A stretch of 64,000 nucleotides of DNA from assembly GCA_965219085.1 (NCBI GenBank), contig OZ244720.1, positions 1,664,001-1,728,000 of the forward strand. The letters are read 5' to 3'. The notes beneath the pieces were generated by a model that saw only the letters and a list, made by a program, of their open reading frames with translations, was not told the origin of the DNA and searched no databases. The DNA comes from Dehalococcoidia bacterium (GTDB taxonomy: Bacteria > Chloroflexota > Dehalococcoidia > UBA2979). A program made the translations under genes and the position numbers. Shown here in pieces: positions 17,387-26,880 of the stretch. Position 1 is the stretch's first letter. Each line of letters starts with the position of its first letter.

Positions 17387-17704
17387 GAGGTCGGTCGCCC
17401 GAACAAGTTCGGTCTCCGCGTTCAGGGCGGCGATCTCGCGGAAGTGAGTCCGGAGTTCCCGGAGCTCCTCAGATTCCCCACTGGACGCAGCATCCGTAGT
17501 CACGGGCGTTCACCTGGACCTTCATCACGGGGATTGGGACACGATAGCGGAAGACCCGCGATCGACTCTTCACCCTGTCGCATGAGATCCCACAGGAACG
17601 GGGCTGGGAGGTCGGCAGGTCACTCGCCACCCCAGCCGAAGGACACACGAGCAATACGTCCGCCACCAACGCGAACCGCAACGGCCAGCTGCGCGTTCCG
17701 CGGT

Positions 17705-18736
17705 TCAGTCCGCGAACTCGCCCGCCGCCTCCGCCCCCAACTCCCCCACGATGAAGTCCCGCACCAGCGGGAACACCGGGCGCTGCCAGGCGCCGGCGAG
17801 ATCCTGCCACACCGCGCGGATCAGGAACGCGAACACGTAGCCCTCGCTCGGGGCGTCCGCGGGGCGGGCGTAGCCCGCTGAGACGCGGTAGCCGATCGGG
17901 GTCGGCGAGGTCCAGTAGCCCGCCTTCTGGCCGTACACGTAGCCCTCGACGCCCCACTCGGGGGGGAACGGCCAGAAGGCCGGGCCCAACTCAGGGCGCG
18001 TCGCGAGGTCGAGCAGGTACGCCGTGCGCTCCTCGTCGAGTTGCTCCCCGCGCACGAGCGAGACCCAGACGCGCGCGAGGTCGTGCGCGGTGAGGTGGGC
18101 GTAGCGCCAGCTGTGCTCGTACTCCGACGCCTCCGAGACGCCCGCCCGTTCCAGCACGGCGGCGATCTGCTCCGTGGTCACCTTGCCGTTGAGCCGGTCG
18201 GAGTGCGCGTCGAGCGACTTCGAGAGGATGATCTCGATGTCGCCCTGGACCTCTCCCTCGAACGCCAGCTCGCCGTCCTGCACGGCCCGCAGTGCGGTGA
18301 TCACGATCACGATCTTCCCCGCCGACGCCGGGTACTGGCCGTGCTCGGGGTTCACGAGGATCGTCTCGTCGCAGTCGAGGTCGACGAGGGCGAGCCCCCA
18401 GCCTCCGACGTACCCGCTCATCGCCTCCTCGACATCCTCGCGGAGCGCCGCGCCGCGATCCTCCAGCCCTTCGCAGCGGGCGAGGCGGGGGTCGGGTGCG
18501 GGTGTCGGCGGGGGCGTCCGCGTCGGTGTGGCGGTCGGGGTCGGCGTGGGCGTCGGGATCGGCGCTAGCGTGGGGGTGGGTGTTGGGCTGGGCGCGGGTG
18601 TCGAAGTGGGTGTCAGTGTGGCCGTGGGCGCGGCCGTCGCGACAGCGTCGGGCCGCTCCTCCGTGTCGGTGCAGGCGGTTACGAGGCCCGCGAGGAGCAG
18701 GCCGGCGAGCAGGAAGGACGGGGGCCGCGGCCGCAT
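17705..18736 (-). CDS. Lipoprotein serine hydrolase, class A beta-lactamase-like
   Basis: Lipobox LVTAC, Pro/Thr linker, SxxK (PASAGK), KAG triad motif. Confidence 0.8.
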   Translation of the reverse strand: MRPRPPSFLLAGLLLAGLVTACTDTEERPDAVATAAPTATLTPTSTPAPSPTPTPTLAPIPTPTPTPTATPTRTPPPTPAPDPRLARCEGLEDRGAALREDVEEAMSGYVGGWGLALVDLDCDETILVNPEHGQYPASAGKIVIVITALRAVQDGELAFEGEVQGDIEIILSKSLDAHSDRLNGKVTTEQIAAVLERAGVSEASEYEHSWRYAHLTAHDLARVWVSLVRGEQLDEERTAYLLDLATRPELGPAFWPFPPEWGVEGYVYGQKAGYWTSPTPIGYRVSAGYARPADAPSEGYVFAFLIRAVWQDLAGAWQRPVFPLVRDFIVGELGAEAAGEFAD

Positions 18737-18807
18737 CGACGCCTCCTGCGGAGCGTTCGTTCGCACGCAATGCAGTCTCAGTGCGCGAAGGGTCGCACGA
18801 AGGGCTG

Positions 18808-19206
18808 CTACGCCCCCATCAGCACGGCGCCATCCTCCCTGGAGAGGCGCCGATCGAAGGTGCGGAGATGCAGCGCGCCCACCCGCTGCGCAGCCGCAAG
18901 GATCATCAGGTCGGCGAAGTCGGGCCCGCCTTCTCGATAGCGGTGCGTTACGAGAGCCACATCGTCCGCAACTTCGATCACGAGGCTGTCCGTGGCGATG
19001 AGCCCAATGAGCATGTCCGCGATATCAGTACGCGCGAACCGGTACGAGCGCTCGAGCACCCACACCAACTCGATCGCCACCTCACGGCAGATGAAGCCGG
19101 GCTCGACAGCGGACAGGCCCTCAAGGAGTATCCGCGCGGATTCCGCCATCTCCTCGTCGTCCCGGACGAGGTAGCGCACCAGGACGTTGGTATCTACCGC
19201 GATCAA
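18808..19206 (-). CDS. vapC: PIN-domain toxin, VapC family
   Basis: IAVDTNVLVRYL, ELVWVL, DFAD, TFD. Confidence 0.9.
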   Translation of the reverse strand: MIAVDTNVLVRYLVRDDEEMAESARILLEGLSAVEPGFICREVAIELVWVLERSYRFARTDIADMLIGLIATDSLVIEVADDVALVTHRYREGGPDFADLMILAAAQRVGALHLRTFDRRLSREDGAVLMGA

Positions 19207-19436
19207 GCTCTGCGCGCCCCATCCGCAATGGCGTCATCCATGTCCTCGAGCGTGACGGGCGGGCCGTCGTACTTCAGGGCGCCGAAGAGCCGGTTGATGG
19301 GACGGACGGCCACGATGCGCACCTCGTCGCCCTGGATGATGTACCGCACGCGATCGCCGGGCTGCACGTGCAGTGCCTCACGAACAGCCTTCGGTAGTGT
19401 GGTCTGCCCCTTCGCAGTGATTCTGGATTCGACCAT
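19203..19436 (-). CDS. vapB: AbrB/MazE-type antitoxin
   Basis: SRITAKGQTTLPKAVREALHVQPGD; ATGA overlap with vapC. Confidence 0.88.
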   Translation of the reverse strand: MVESRITAKGQTTLPKAVREALHVQPGDRVRYIIQGDEVRIVAVRPINRLFGALKYDGPPVTLEDMDDAIADGARRA

Positions 19437-19550
19437 TCATCACACCTTAAACGCATTACATTTGTTACATTCGCATTACCACGCGAGTGTAACACGGACG
19501 GACCTCGCCGCATCACGCAGGGCGAGGCCCACCTTGCGCGTCACGACCGG

Positions 19551-20859
19551 CTACGCGGCCGACGTGTCCGCGCCCATGAGGGCGTGGGTGACCGTCGCGG
19601 GAGACTGGCCGCGCAGGCTGGCGGCGGGCGGCCGCGCGAAGGCGAAGAACAGCGCGCCCATCGAGGCGAAGAAGGCGAGCACCAGGAAGCTCACGCGGTA
19701 GCTCCCCGTCTGGTCGTACATGATGCCGGCGAACGTCGGGCCGATGATCATGCCGGACATGATCACCAGCGATGAGAACCCCATGATCGTCCCGAACGAG
19801 CGACGCCCGAAGTAGTCGGCGCGGATCGCCATCTGCAGCGGCGCGCGCAGCCCCCACGCCGCGCCGTTGATCGCCACCGACAGGTACACCATCGGCAGCG
19901 CCGGCGCGATCGCCAGCAGGAAGATCGCGAAGCCGTGGCCGAGCAGCGCGCCCACGATCAGCGGCCGCTTCGGCCAGCGGTCGCCGAGGTACGCCCCGGC
20001 CAGCTGGCCGATGATCTGGCCCACGGTCTGGATCGTGATCGCGAACGCGGCGAGGGCGAGGCTGTAGCCGAGGTCCTCGTGGATGTAGATCACGAGGTGC
20101 ACCATCAGCGCGCCGATGGACGAGCAGCGCCGAGGCCTGGCCGAGCGAGATCAGCCAGAACGACGACGTGCGCAGCGCGTCGGCCGTACCCATGCCCCAC
20201 TCTTCCTCCTCGTCGGGGTCGTCTGTGAGCTCGGCGTACGAGCTCGCGCCGTCGGGCAGCAGTCCGTGGTCCTCGGGGCGGTGACGGATGGCGCGGGCGA
20301 GCGGGAGGCCGATCACGAGCACCACGACGCTCGAGGCGAAGGCGGCCGTGCGCCAGCCGATGCTCTCGATGACGAGCGCCATGGGCGTGGCGGCGAAGCC
20401 ACCGATCGCGAATCCCATCGACAGCATCCCGAGGGCGAACGAGCGGCGTCGGCGGAACCAGTTGACGACCGCAACGACGAGCGAGAGGAAGCTGCTGAGC
20501 GACGCGCCGATCGCGATCAGCATGAACGAGATGTAGAAGGTCCAGGCATCCTGCACGAAGGCCAACATCATGAAGCCGATGGCGAACAGCACCATGCCCG
20601 CATACATGATCCGTCGCGGCCCGTAGTTGTCGATCGCCCAGCCCTGGATCGGGCCGAGGATGCCGCTCTCCGCGCGCTGCATCGCGAACGCGATCGAGAA
20701 CGTCGTGCGGCTCCAGCCGAAGTCGGCCTGCATCAGCGCCACGTACGTCCCGAACGAGTGGGACATCAGCATGCCGAGCATCAGCTGCGTGCAGAAGCCC
20801 GCACCGACGATCCACCAACCGTAGAAGATCGCCGGGCGCTCGGGCGCCCCGGCGGTCAC
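19551..20859 (-). pseudogene. MFS transporter with +1 frameshift at about 20118 (pseudogene or sequence error)
   Basis: IFYGWWIV N-terminal half and C-terminal half (19551-20105) are in different frames; extra C in GTC-C-ATC. Confidence 0.8.
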
Positions 20860-20869
20860 GAGGCGTCGC

Positions 20870-23476
20870 TCACGAGGCAGCGAAGGCGCGGCAGCGGATC
20901 GCACGCTCGAGGTCGTCGTTGGCCTCGCGCAGCGAGCGCTGGAGCAGCGGCAGGCGGTCGCCGAGGTCGGCGAGCGCTGCTCGCGAGCGCTCGATCACGC
21001 GCTCCTCGACGCGGCCGTGCGGGAACAGGCTCGCGAAGTACGAGCGGGTGAACTGGTTCTCGCCGGTCTCGAACACGCCCGGGACGCGGTCGAAGAACTC
21101 CATCGTCCACCGCTCGAGCATCTCGCGCTGGACGTGCCAGTGGAAGCCGGCCATCGCCGCGGCGGTGAGGTGCAGCGAGCCGTAGCCTTCCTCGTGGAAG
21201 CGACGCCACGCCTCGGCCTTCACCGCGGCGTCGGGCACGGCCACCTCGGCGCGCAGCCCGGCGCGTTCCCCGCGGTCCGAGGGGTCGCGCTCACGCTCGG
21301 CGGCGATGCGGTCGGCGGCGCCGTCGAGGCCGTGCGCGACGGCGCGCGTGGCGATCTCCCAGCGCATGTCCTGGTCGATCGTGAGGCCGGGCACAGCGAG
21401 CTCGCCGTCGGCGAGCGCGATCACGCGTGCGATGTCCTCCGGCGTAATCGCGAGCCCGACCAGCGTGCGGGCCCAGATGATCTGCCCGTCGCTCGTCGCG
21501 GCGCCCGGAACGGCGGCCCAGCCTGTCGTCGACGGTGCGACGCCCGGTGCGCCCTCGGAGAGCGCGCCCCACGCAAGCTCCGAGAAGCGGTGCGCCTGCT
21601 CCTCGCGCTGGGCGTCGGGGACGTAGCGCGCGATCGCGGCGGTGACAGTGGCGAGCACGGTCTCGATCAGCTCGATGTCCGTCTCACCCACCACCTTCGG
21701 GGCGGCGAGCGGGAGGTAGTCGGTCGACTTGAGCTGCTGGTCGCGGACCATGTTCCACAGCGCCTGCCAGATCAGCTGGCGTAGGAGCGGGTCCTCGACA
21801 CGCTCGAGGTGCTCGCGCACGTAGTCGAGCGAGCGGTCGTCGAGGGCGACCTTCACGAAGGCGTGGTCGCCGAGGTTCGGCATGACCAGCACCGGCTCGG
21901 GCGTGCCGACAGCCGCCGGCGCCTCGGTGCGCTCGCCGTCGACCGAGACGGGCACGCCCGCGACGTCGAGCGAGCCGTTCGACTCGGTGACCAACGCAAT
22001 GTCGAGCTGGTGGGGCCGCAGCGTCGGGTAGTCGTCCGGCGCGGTCTGGTCGAGCGCGAACGCGGTCAGCGCGCCGCCCTCGGCGTGCCAGTCCGCGCTG
22101 ATGGTGTTGAGCGAGGGCGTCTCGAGCCACAGTGCAGCCCACGCGTGCAGGTCGCGCTCGACGCCCTCGTCGATGGCGTCGAGGAACTCGGCGAGCGTGG
22201 TGTTGCCGAAGGCGTGGCGCTGGAAGTAGCGGCGCATGCCGTCGCGGAAGTCCTCGACGCCGACAGTGGCGACGAGCTGCTTGAGCACGGCCGCGCCCTT
22301 GCCGTAGGTGATGCCGTCGAAGTTGAGGAAGGTCGCGTCGGTGTCCGGGACCTGCCCGGCGATGGGATGGGTGGTGACGAGCTGGTCCTGGCGGTAGGCC
22401 CATGCCTTCATGCCGGAGTTGAACGCCAGCCACGCCGACTGGAAGCGGGTCGCCTCGGACAGCGAGAGGTACGCCATGTAGGTCGCGAAGCTCTCGTTGA
22501 GCCAGAGGTCGTTCCACCAGCGCATCGTCACGAGGTCGCCGAACCACATGTGCGCCATCTCGTGGAGGATCACCTCGGCGCGGCCGAGCCGTTGGTTCTC
22601 GGTCGGCGGGTCGCGGTAGACCATGCGCTCGGAGTGGGTGATCGCGCCGACGTTCTCCATCGCGCCGAAGTTGAACTCGGGCACGAAGACCTGGTCGTAC
22701 TTGTGGAAGGCGTACGGGTAGCCGAAGAAGTCCGCGTAGAAGTCGAGCCCCTGCCTGGTCACCTCGAACAGCTCGTCCTCGTCGAGGTACTGCGCGAGCG
22801 AGCCGCGGCAGTAGAAACCGAGCGGGATGCCGTGGTGCTCGTCGCGTACGACGTGATACGGCCCGGCGATGAGCGCGAACAGGTACGTCGAGAAGCGTTC
22901 GGTCTGCTCGAAGCGGCGGCGCAGCCGCCCGTCCGGCAGCTCCTCGCGCTCGGCCTCGCTCGTGTTCGCGACCAGCTCCCACTCGGCGGGCGCGTCGACC
23001 GTGAGCGCGTAGCTCGCTTTGAGGTCCGGCTGGTCGAAGCACGGGAAGAAGCGATGGCACGCGTAGGGTTCGAAGTTGGTGTAGAGGTACTCGCTGCCGT
23101 CCTCGGGGTCGATGAACTGGTGGAAGCCGTCGCCGGTGTGGTCGTAGTCGTGCTCGAAGACGATCCGCACCTCGTTGGTCGCCGCGAGCGCGTCGCCCGG
23201 CAGCGTCAGCCGGTAGTCGGTCTCGACGGGCTCGACTTCGACGCCGTTGACCTCGAGGCGCTCGATGCCGCCGCCGGTGTGGTCGAGGAAGACGTCGTCG
23301 CCGCCGCCGTCTCCCCCGGAGAGGGCGAAGCGGATGGTGACGTCGCCGCGGTAGCGCTCGGCGCCGCCGGTGAGGTCGAGGTGGAGGTCATACGAGACGT
23401 CGCTGACGCGCTCCGCGCGCGCGCTCGCCTCTTCCTGCGTCAGGCTGTCGCGCACGGCGACGGGCTCGGTAGTCAT
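20870..23476 (-). CDS. pepN: Aminopeptidase N (M1)
   Basis: GAMEN, HEMAH...LNE zinc motif, FPCFDQPDLKA, ITYGKGA. Confidence 0.95.
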   Translation of the reverse strand: MTTEPVAVRDSLTQEEASARAERVSDVSYDLHLDLTGGAERYRGDVTIRFALSGGDGGGDDVFLDHTGGGIERLEVNGVEVEPVETDYRLTLPGDALAATNEVRIVFEHDYDHTGDGFHQFIDPEDGSEYLYTNFEPYACHRFFPCFDQPDLKASYALTVDAPAEWELVANTSEAEREELPDGRLRRRFEQTERFSTYLFALIAGPYHVVRDEHHGIPLGFYCRGSLAQYLDEDELFEVTRQGLDFYADFFGYPYAFHKYDQVFVPEFNFGAMENVGAITHSERMVYRDPPTENQRLGRAEVILHEMAHMWFGDLVTMRWWNDLWLNESFATYMAYLSLSEATRFQSAWLAFNSGMKAWAYRQDQLVTTHPIAGQVPDTDATFLNFDGITYGKGAAVLKQLVATVGVEDFRDGMRRYFQRHAFGNTTLAEFLDAIDEGVERDLHAWAALWLETPSLNTISADWHAEGGALTAFALDQTAPDDYPTLRPHQLDIALVTESNGSLDVAGVPVSVDGERTEAPAAVGTPEPVLVMPNLGDHAFVKVALDDRSLDYVREHLERVEDPLLRQLIWQALWNMVRDQQLKSTDYLPLAAPKVVGETDIELIETVLATVTAAIARYVPDAQREEQAHRFSELAWGALSEGAPGVAPSTTGWAAVPGAATSDGQIIWARTLVGLAITPEDIARVIALADGELAVPGLTIDQDMRWEIATRAVAHGLDGAADRIAAERERDPSDRGERAGLRAEVAVPDAAVKAEAWRRFHEEGYGSLHLTAAAMAGFHWHVQREMLERWTMEFFDRVPGVFETGENQFTRSYFASLFPHGRVEERVIERSRAALADLGDRLPLLQRSLREANDDLERAIRCRAFAAS

Positions 23477-23626
23477 CGGTACCTCTCGGAGCAAGCGTGG
23501 ATGGCCGCAGGGTATCCCTGCGTACAGCTGCCGATACTGGGGTCGGCGCGCTGGCTATCGAGTATACCGAGCGCTGCGTGACGGGCGACGCCCGCCGGGG
23601 GCGCCGCGTCGGGTACGCCGAGGAGG

Positions 23627-23836
23627 CTACATCTCCTCGGTCTTCTCGCCGGAGAGGTAGGAGGCCGGGTCTTCCTCGAAGCCGAGACGGCAGCCGGCGC
23701 CACAGAAGTAGTACGTCGTGCCCTCGTGCTCGTAGGAGCCGCCGGGCGGGTTCTTCGTGTCGACGTCCATGCCGCAGCATGGGTCGGTCGCTGTGCTGTC
23801 GCCACCGCGCAGGAAGTCGAGAACCTTGCTCACCAT
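23627..23836 (-). CDS. YHS domain protein
   Basis: DPCCGM...YEHEGTTYYFCGAGC...FEEDPASY. Confidence 0.85.
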   Translation of the reverse strand: MVSKVLDFLRGGDSTATDPCCGMDVDTKNPPGGSYEHEGTTYYFCGAGCRLGFEEDPASYLSGEKTEEM

Positions 23837-23847
23837 CGTCAGTGTCC

Positions 23848-24609
23848 TTACGTCGTGTGCCCTGACGTCTCCGGGCCGCCGGGCGGCGGCTCCTCGGGCC
23901 GGCTCTCGCCGCCGCCGCGCCACACCCGCACACCGGCGGTCGCGACCATCGCCACCGCGAGGCCGAACCACGTCAAAGCGTACTCCATATGCGGTGTCGT
24001 GTTCGTGTAGCCCTGGTACAGCGTGACGGGCCGCTCCGGCGGCGCGCTGCGCGGGAACTGCTCGACGAGCTCGCCCGCCGTCGCTCGCCACGGTACGACG
24101 TCGTACGGTAGCAGCTCGGCGATCGAGGCGACGTCGAAGCGCGTCCACGAGCCGTCGGGGCCCTGCGTCGCGCGCAGGCTGCGCCCGGCGCGGATCAGCC
24201 CGTCGAGGCCCTCGTCCTCGTCGGCGAGGATCGCGAGCACGGCCTCGCGCTCCGCGGCCGGGTACCAGCCGCGGTTGACGAGCACGGCGGGGCCGCCGCC
24301 CGCGGGGCGCAGCGGCACCACGACCTCCTCGCCGCGCTGCCCGAAGCGCATGCGGTTCGCGATCACCTGCAGGCGGTCGTAGTCCCACTCGCCGGCGAGG
24401 GCGAGGCGACGGTAGTCGAGGTCAGCGTCGGGTATCGAGGCGGCCTCGACGGGTGTGAGCGGGGCTGCGGCGACGCGCGCGTCGAGCTCGCGCGCGAGGT
24501 CGTGCTTGTAGTCGTTGCGCGTGAGCTGCCACGCGCCAAGGCCGGAGAGCACGACGGCGCCCGCCGCCGCGAGGGCGAGCAGCAGCAGCGTCGAGCGTGG
24601 CATTCGCAT
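23848..24609 (-). CDS. SURF1/Shy1 family protein
   Basis: LGAWQLTR, VLVNRGW, HMEYALTWFGLA; TAGCAT 6 nt before ATG suggests a leaderless mRNA. Confidence 0.88.
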   Translation of the reverse strand: MRMPRSTLLLLALAAAGAVVLSGLGAWQLTRNDYKHDLARELDARVAAAPLTPVEAASIPDADLDYRRLALAGEWDYDRLQVIANRMRFGQRGEEVVVPLRPAGGGPAVLVNRGWYPAAEREAVLAILADEDEGLDGLIRAGRSLRATQGPDGSWTRFDVASIAELLPYDVVPWRATAGELVEQFPRSAPPERPVTLYQGYTNTTPHMEYALTWFGLAVAMVATAGVRVWRGGGESRPEEPPPGGPETSGHTT

Positions 24610-24707
24610 GCCTCGATGCTACCGCGTGACCGGGGCCTGGGGATTGACGCCTCCCATACGCTGCCGAGGCAGCCTCGCGGCCCTGCGAGCGCCGAGGGAC
24701 GGCGTCC

Positions 24708-26480
24708 ATGAGAACGCGCCTGGTAGTGGTCGCCGTCGTGGCCGGGATAGTGGCGCTGTCGGTCGGTGTCGTCTGGGCTACCAGTCACGACAGTACCGAG
24801 GTCCGCGTGACGGCCCGGCGGCTCAACAGCGGGCGGGTCGAGTTCGCGCTCCAGCAGCGCGAGCCCGATGGAGCGTGGGGCGATCGGATCCTGCCTACCC
24901 GGCGATTCTTCCCGCCGATCGCCGACGAGGGCCGGTGGCTCGTCTCGTCATCGGTCGAGCTGCCCATCCCCACTCCGGCGCCCAGCCCCATGCTCACCGT
25001 GGCCGAGTACATCGAGTGGTGCGGCGGCTACGCCGACTTCGAAGTGGTGGACCCGGAAGACGCGACGTGGGCGGACTCCCGAGGAGTACTGCTCGACGCA
25101 TTCGAGGAGGTGCTCGTCGATTTTCGACGCATCGAGCCCCCCGCCACGCTCCGCAAGTACCACAACTCGGTCTTTCTGATGCACGCGGCCTCCAGACCAT
25201 TCTTCGAAGTCATCGAAGAGGAGACGCTGTTCGAAGACGCGCAGGTAGCCGTCGCAATCCTCTTCGTCTTCGGCTCTTCCGTCACGGACGAGATCAGAGC
25301 CCTTCCAGATGACATCCGGGCGCAACTCACCGAGGCCGGTTGCATCGGGATACCCCGCGACTCCGCCGACTCCGCCGACTCCGATCCGTCGGACGAAACC
25401 GGCGAGGAACCACCGGTGACAGCAACCTCGACCGCAACCCCCACGCCAGATCCAGACCCTGAACCGCCGGCAGCGGGCGGCCCACAGTCCTGGCGCACCC
25501 TCGAACACGTGATCGCCCGCGACGAACTCTGGTGTGGCGTCAAGCAGACGCAACCCCTGTTCGGCTTCAAGGGGGCCGACGGGACCGTCACCGGCTTCGA
25601 CGTCGAGTTCTGCAAGGCGCTCGCTGCCGCCGTGCTGGGCGACGCGACGAAGGTCGAGTACGTGGACGCCTCGGACGCCTCGACGCGCTTCGAGATGCTG
25701 AACGAGGCCGTGATCGACGTGCTGATCCGCACGACCACCGTCACTGCTTCGCGAGACCGTGAGCTGGGCGTCGACTTTGCGCAGACGACCTTCTACACGG
25801 GGCAGGGCTTCCTGGTGCGCAAGGACTCGGGCTATCACTCCACGGCCGATATGGGCGACGCCACCATCTGCGTACAGACGGGCACGACGACCGAGCAGTA
25901 CCTGGCCGACCACTTCACCAAGATTGGCCTGAAGTACGACCCGAAAGGCGGTCTCAGCTCAGACGTCGCCGACGCATTCTTCTCCGGACGCTGTGACGTG
26001 CTGACGGCGGACGTTTCGGGCCTCGCCTCGCGGATCGCGCTACGCCAAGACGCGGCCGACTACCAGATTCTTCCGCTGCTGATCTCGAAGGAGCCGCTGG
26101 CGCCTGCCGTCCGCGACTACGACAGCGAGTGGAAGGACGTCGTCAACTGGGTCGTGCACGGTCTGATCGCGGCCGAGGAGCTGGGGATCACGCAGGCCAA
26201 CGTCGGCTCGCTCGCGGCGAACCCGCCGAACACCACGATCGCGCGCCTCCTCGGCGTCTCGTACAGGGGTGGCGAGGTTTCCGACCTGGGCTTTGGGCGC
26301 GTCAACGCGCAGTTCATCCAGCGAGCCATCGCGGCCGTCGGGAACTACGGCGAGATCTACGACCGAACCATCGGCGACTACATCCCGCGCGCGTGCTCGC
26401 TCAACGCGCTCGCCATCGACGACTCGGTCGACTGTCCGCCGGGTCAGGGCGGCATCCTCTACGCGCTGCCGTACCGCTAG
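24708..26480 (+). CDS. Amino-acid ABC substrate-binding protein (AapJ/BztA-like) with long N-terminal extension
   Basis: C-terminal GFDVEFCKALAAAVLGD, ICVQTGTTTE, ISKEPLAP, VGNYGEIYDR; about 260 aa of extra exported N-terminal domains. Confidence 0.85.
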   Translation: MRTRLVVVAVVAGIVALSVGVVWATSHDSTEVRVTARRLNSGRVEFALQQREPDGAWGDRILPTRRFFPPIADEGRWLVSSSVELPIPTPAPSPMLTVAEYIEWCGGYADFEVVDPEDATWADSRGVLLDAFEEVLVDFRRIEPPATLRKYHNSVFLMHAASRPFFEVIEEETLFEDAQVAVAILFVFGSSVTDEIRALPDDIRAQLTEAGCIGIPRDSADSADSDPSDETGEEPPVTATSTATPTPDPDPEPPAAGGPQSWRTLEHVIARDELWCGVKQTQPLFGFKGADGTVTGFDVEFCKALAAAVLGDATKVEYVDASDASTRFEMLNEAVIDVLIRTTTVTASRDRELGVDFAQTTFYTGQGFLVRKDSGYHSTADMGDATICVQTGTTTEQYLADHFTKIGLKYDPKGGLSSDVADAFFSGRCDVLTADVSGLASRIALRQDAADYQILPLLISKEPLAPAVRDYDSEWKDVVNWVVHGLIAAEELGITQANVGSLAANPPNTTIARLLGVSYRGGEVSDLGFGRVNAQFIQRAIAAVGNYGEIYDRTIGDYIPRACSLNALAIDDSVDCPPGQGGILYALPYR

Positions 26481-26574
26481 CGGCGAGCATCGACCACGCT
26501 CACCTCGCACGACCGTTCGGCGCGAGGTCGCCCTCGTGACCGTCAAGTGTGTGCCGGTCGAGTCCGAACCGGTA

Positions 26575-26763
26575 TCAGCCCACCGCGCGGATGATGACGG
26601 CCGTTGCGATAGCGATCGCCGCGATGATCGTCCCGGCGGCTCCGCCAACAGCCATCAGGAGCGTCGAGCGGAGCCGTTCGAGGTCGGCCTTGGTGGCGAG
26701 GTGCTCGTAGGCGCCCTCAAGCCGGGCAACGCGCTCACTGGTCGACCCCGTTTGCGCCACCAC
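26575..26763 (-). CDS. Small coiled-coil plus TM protein (LATKADL motif, DUF1640/CCDC90-like)
   Basis: ERVARLEGAYEHLATKADL followed by a TM helix; GGAGGAGG RBS and TATACT -10 upstream. Confidence 0.7.
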   Translation of the reverse strand: MVAQTGSTSERVARLEGAYEHLATKADLERLRSTLLMAVGGAAGTIIAAIAIATAVIIRAVG

Positions 26764-26880
26764 GTCTCGCCTCCTCCGACAGAGTATACGAGACAGCCCG
26801 GCCTATATGGACATTTCTACGTATCGGATTTGTTGTACCGCGCACCGCACGGCGGTGTTGGCGCACGGGTTCGTGCGGGT

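Noticed and set aside
17399-17412. CCGAAC-AA-GTTCGG as a LexA box
   Set aside because: The spacer is 2 nt rather than 4 and the site lies inside a remnant ORF.
17705-18736. Bona fide antibiotic-resistance beta-lactamase
   Set aside because: SxxK is present but the SDN motif is altered (SLD) and the protein is a linker-tethered lipoprotein, so a peptidoglycan-related serine hydrolase is more plausible.
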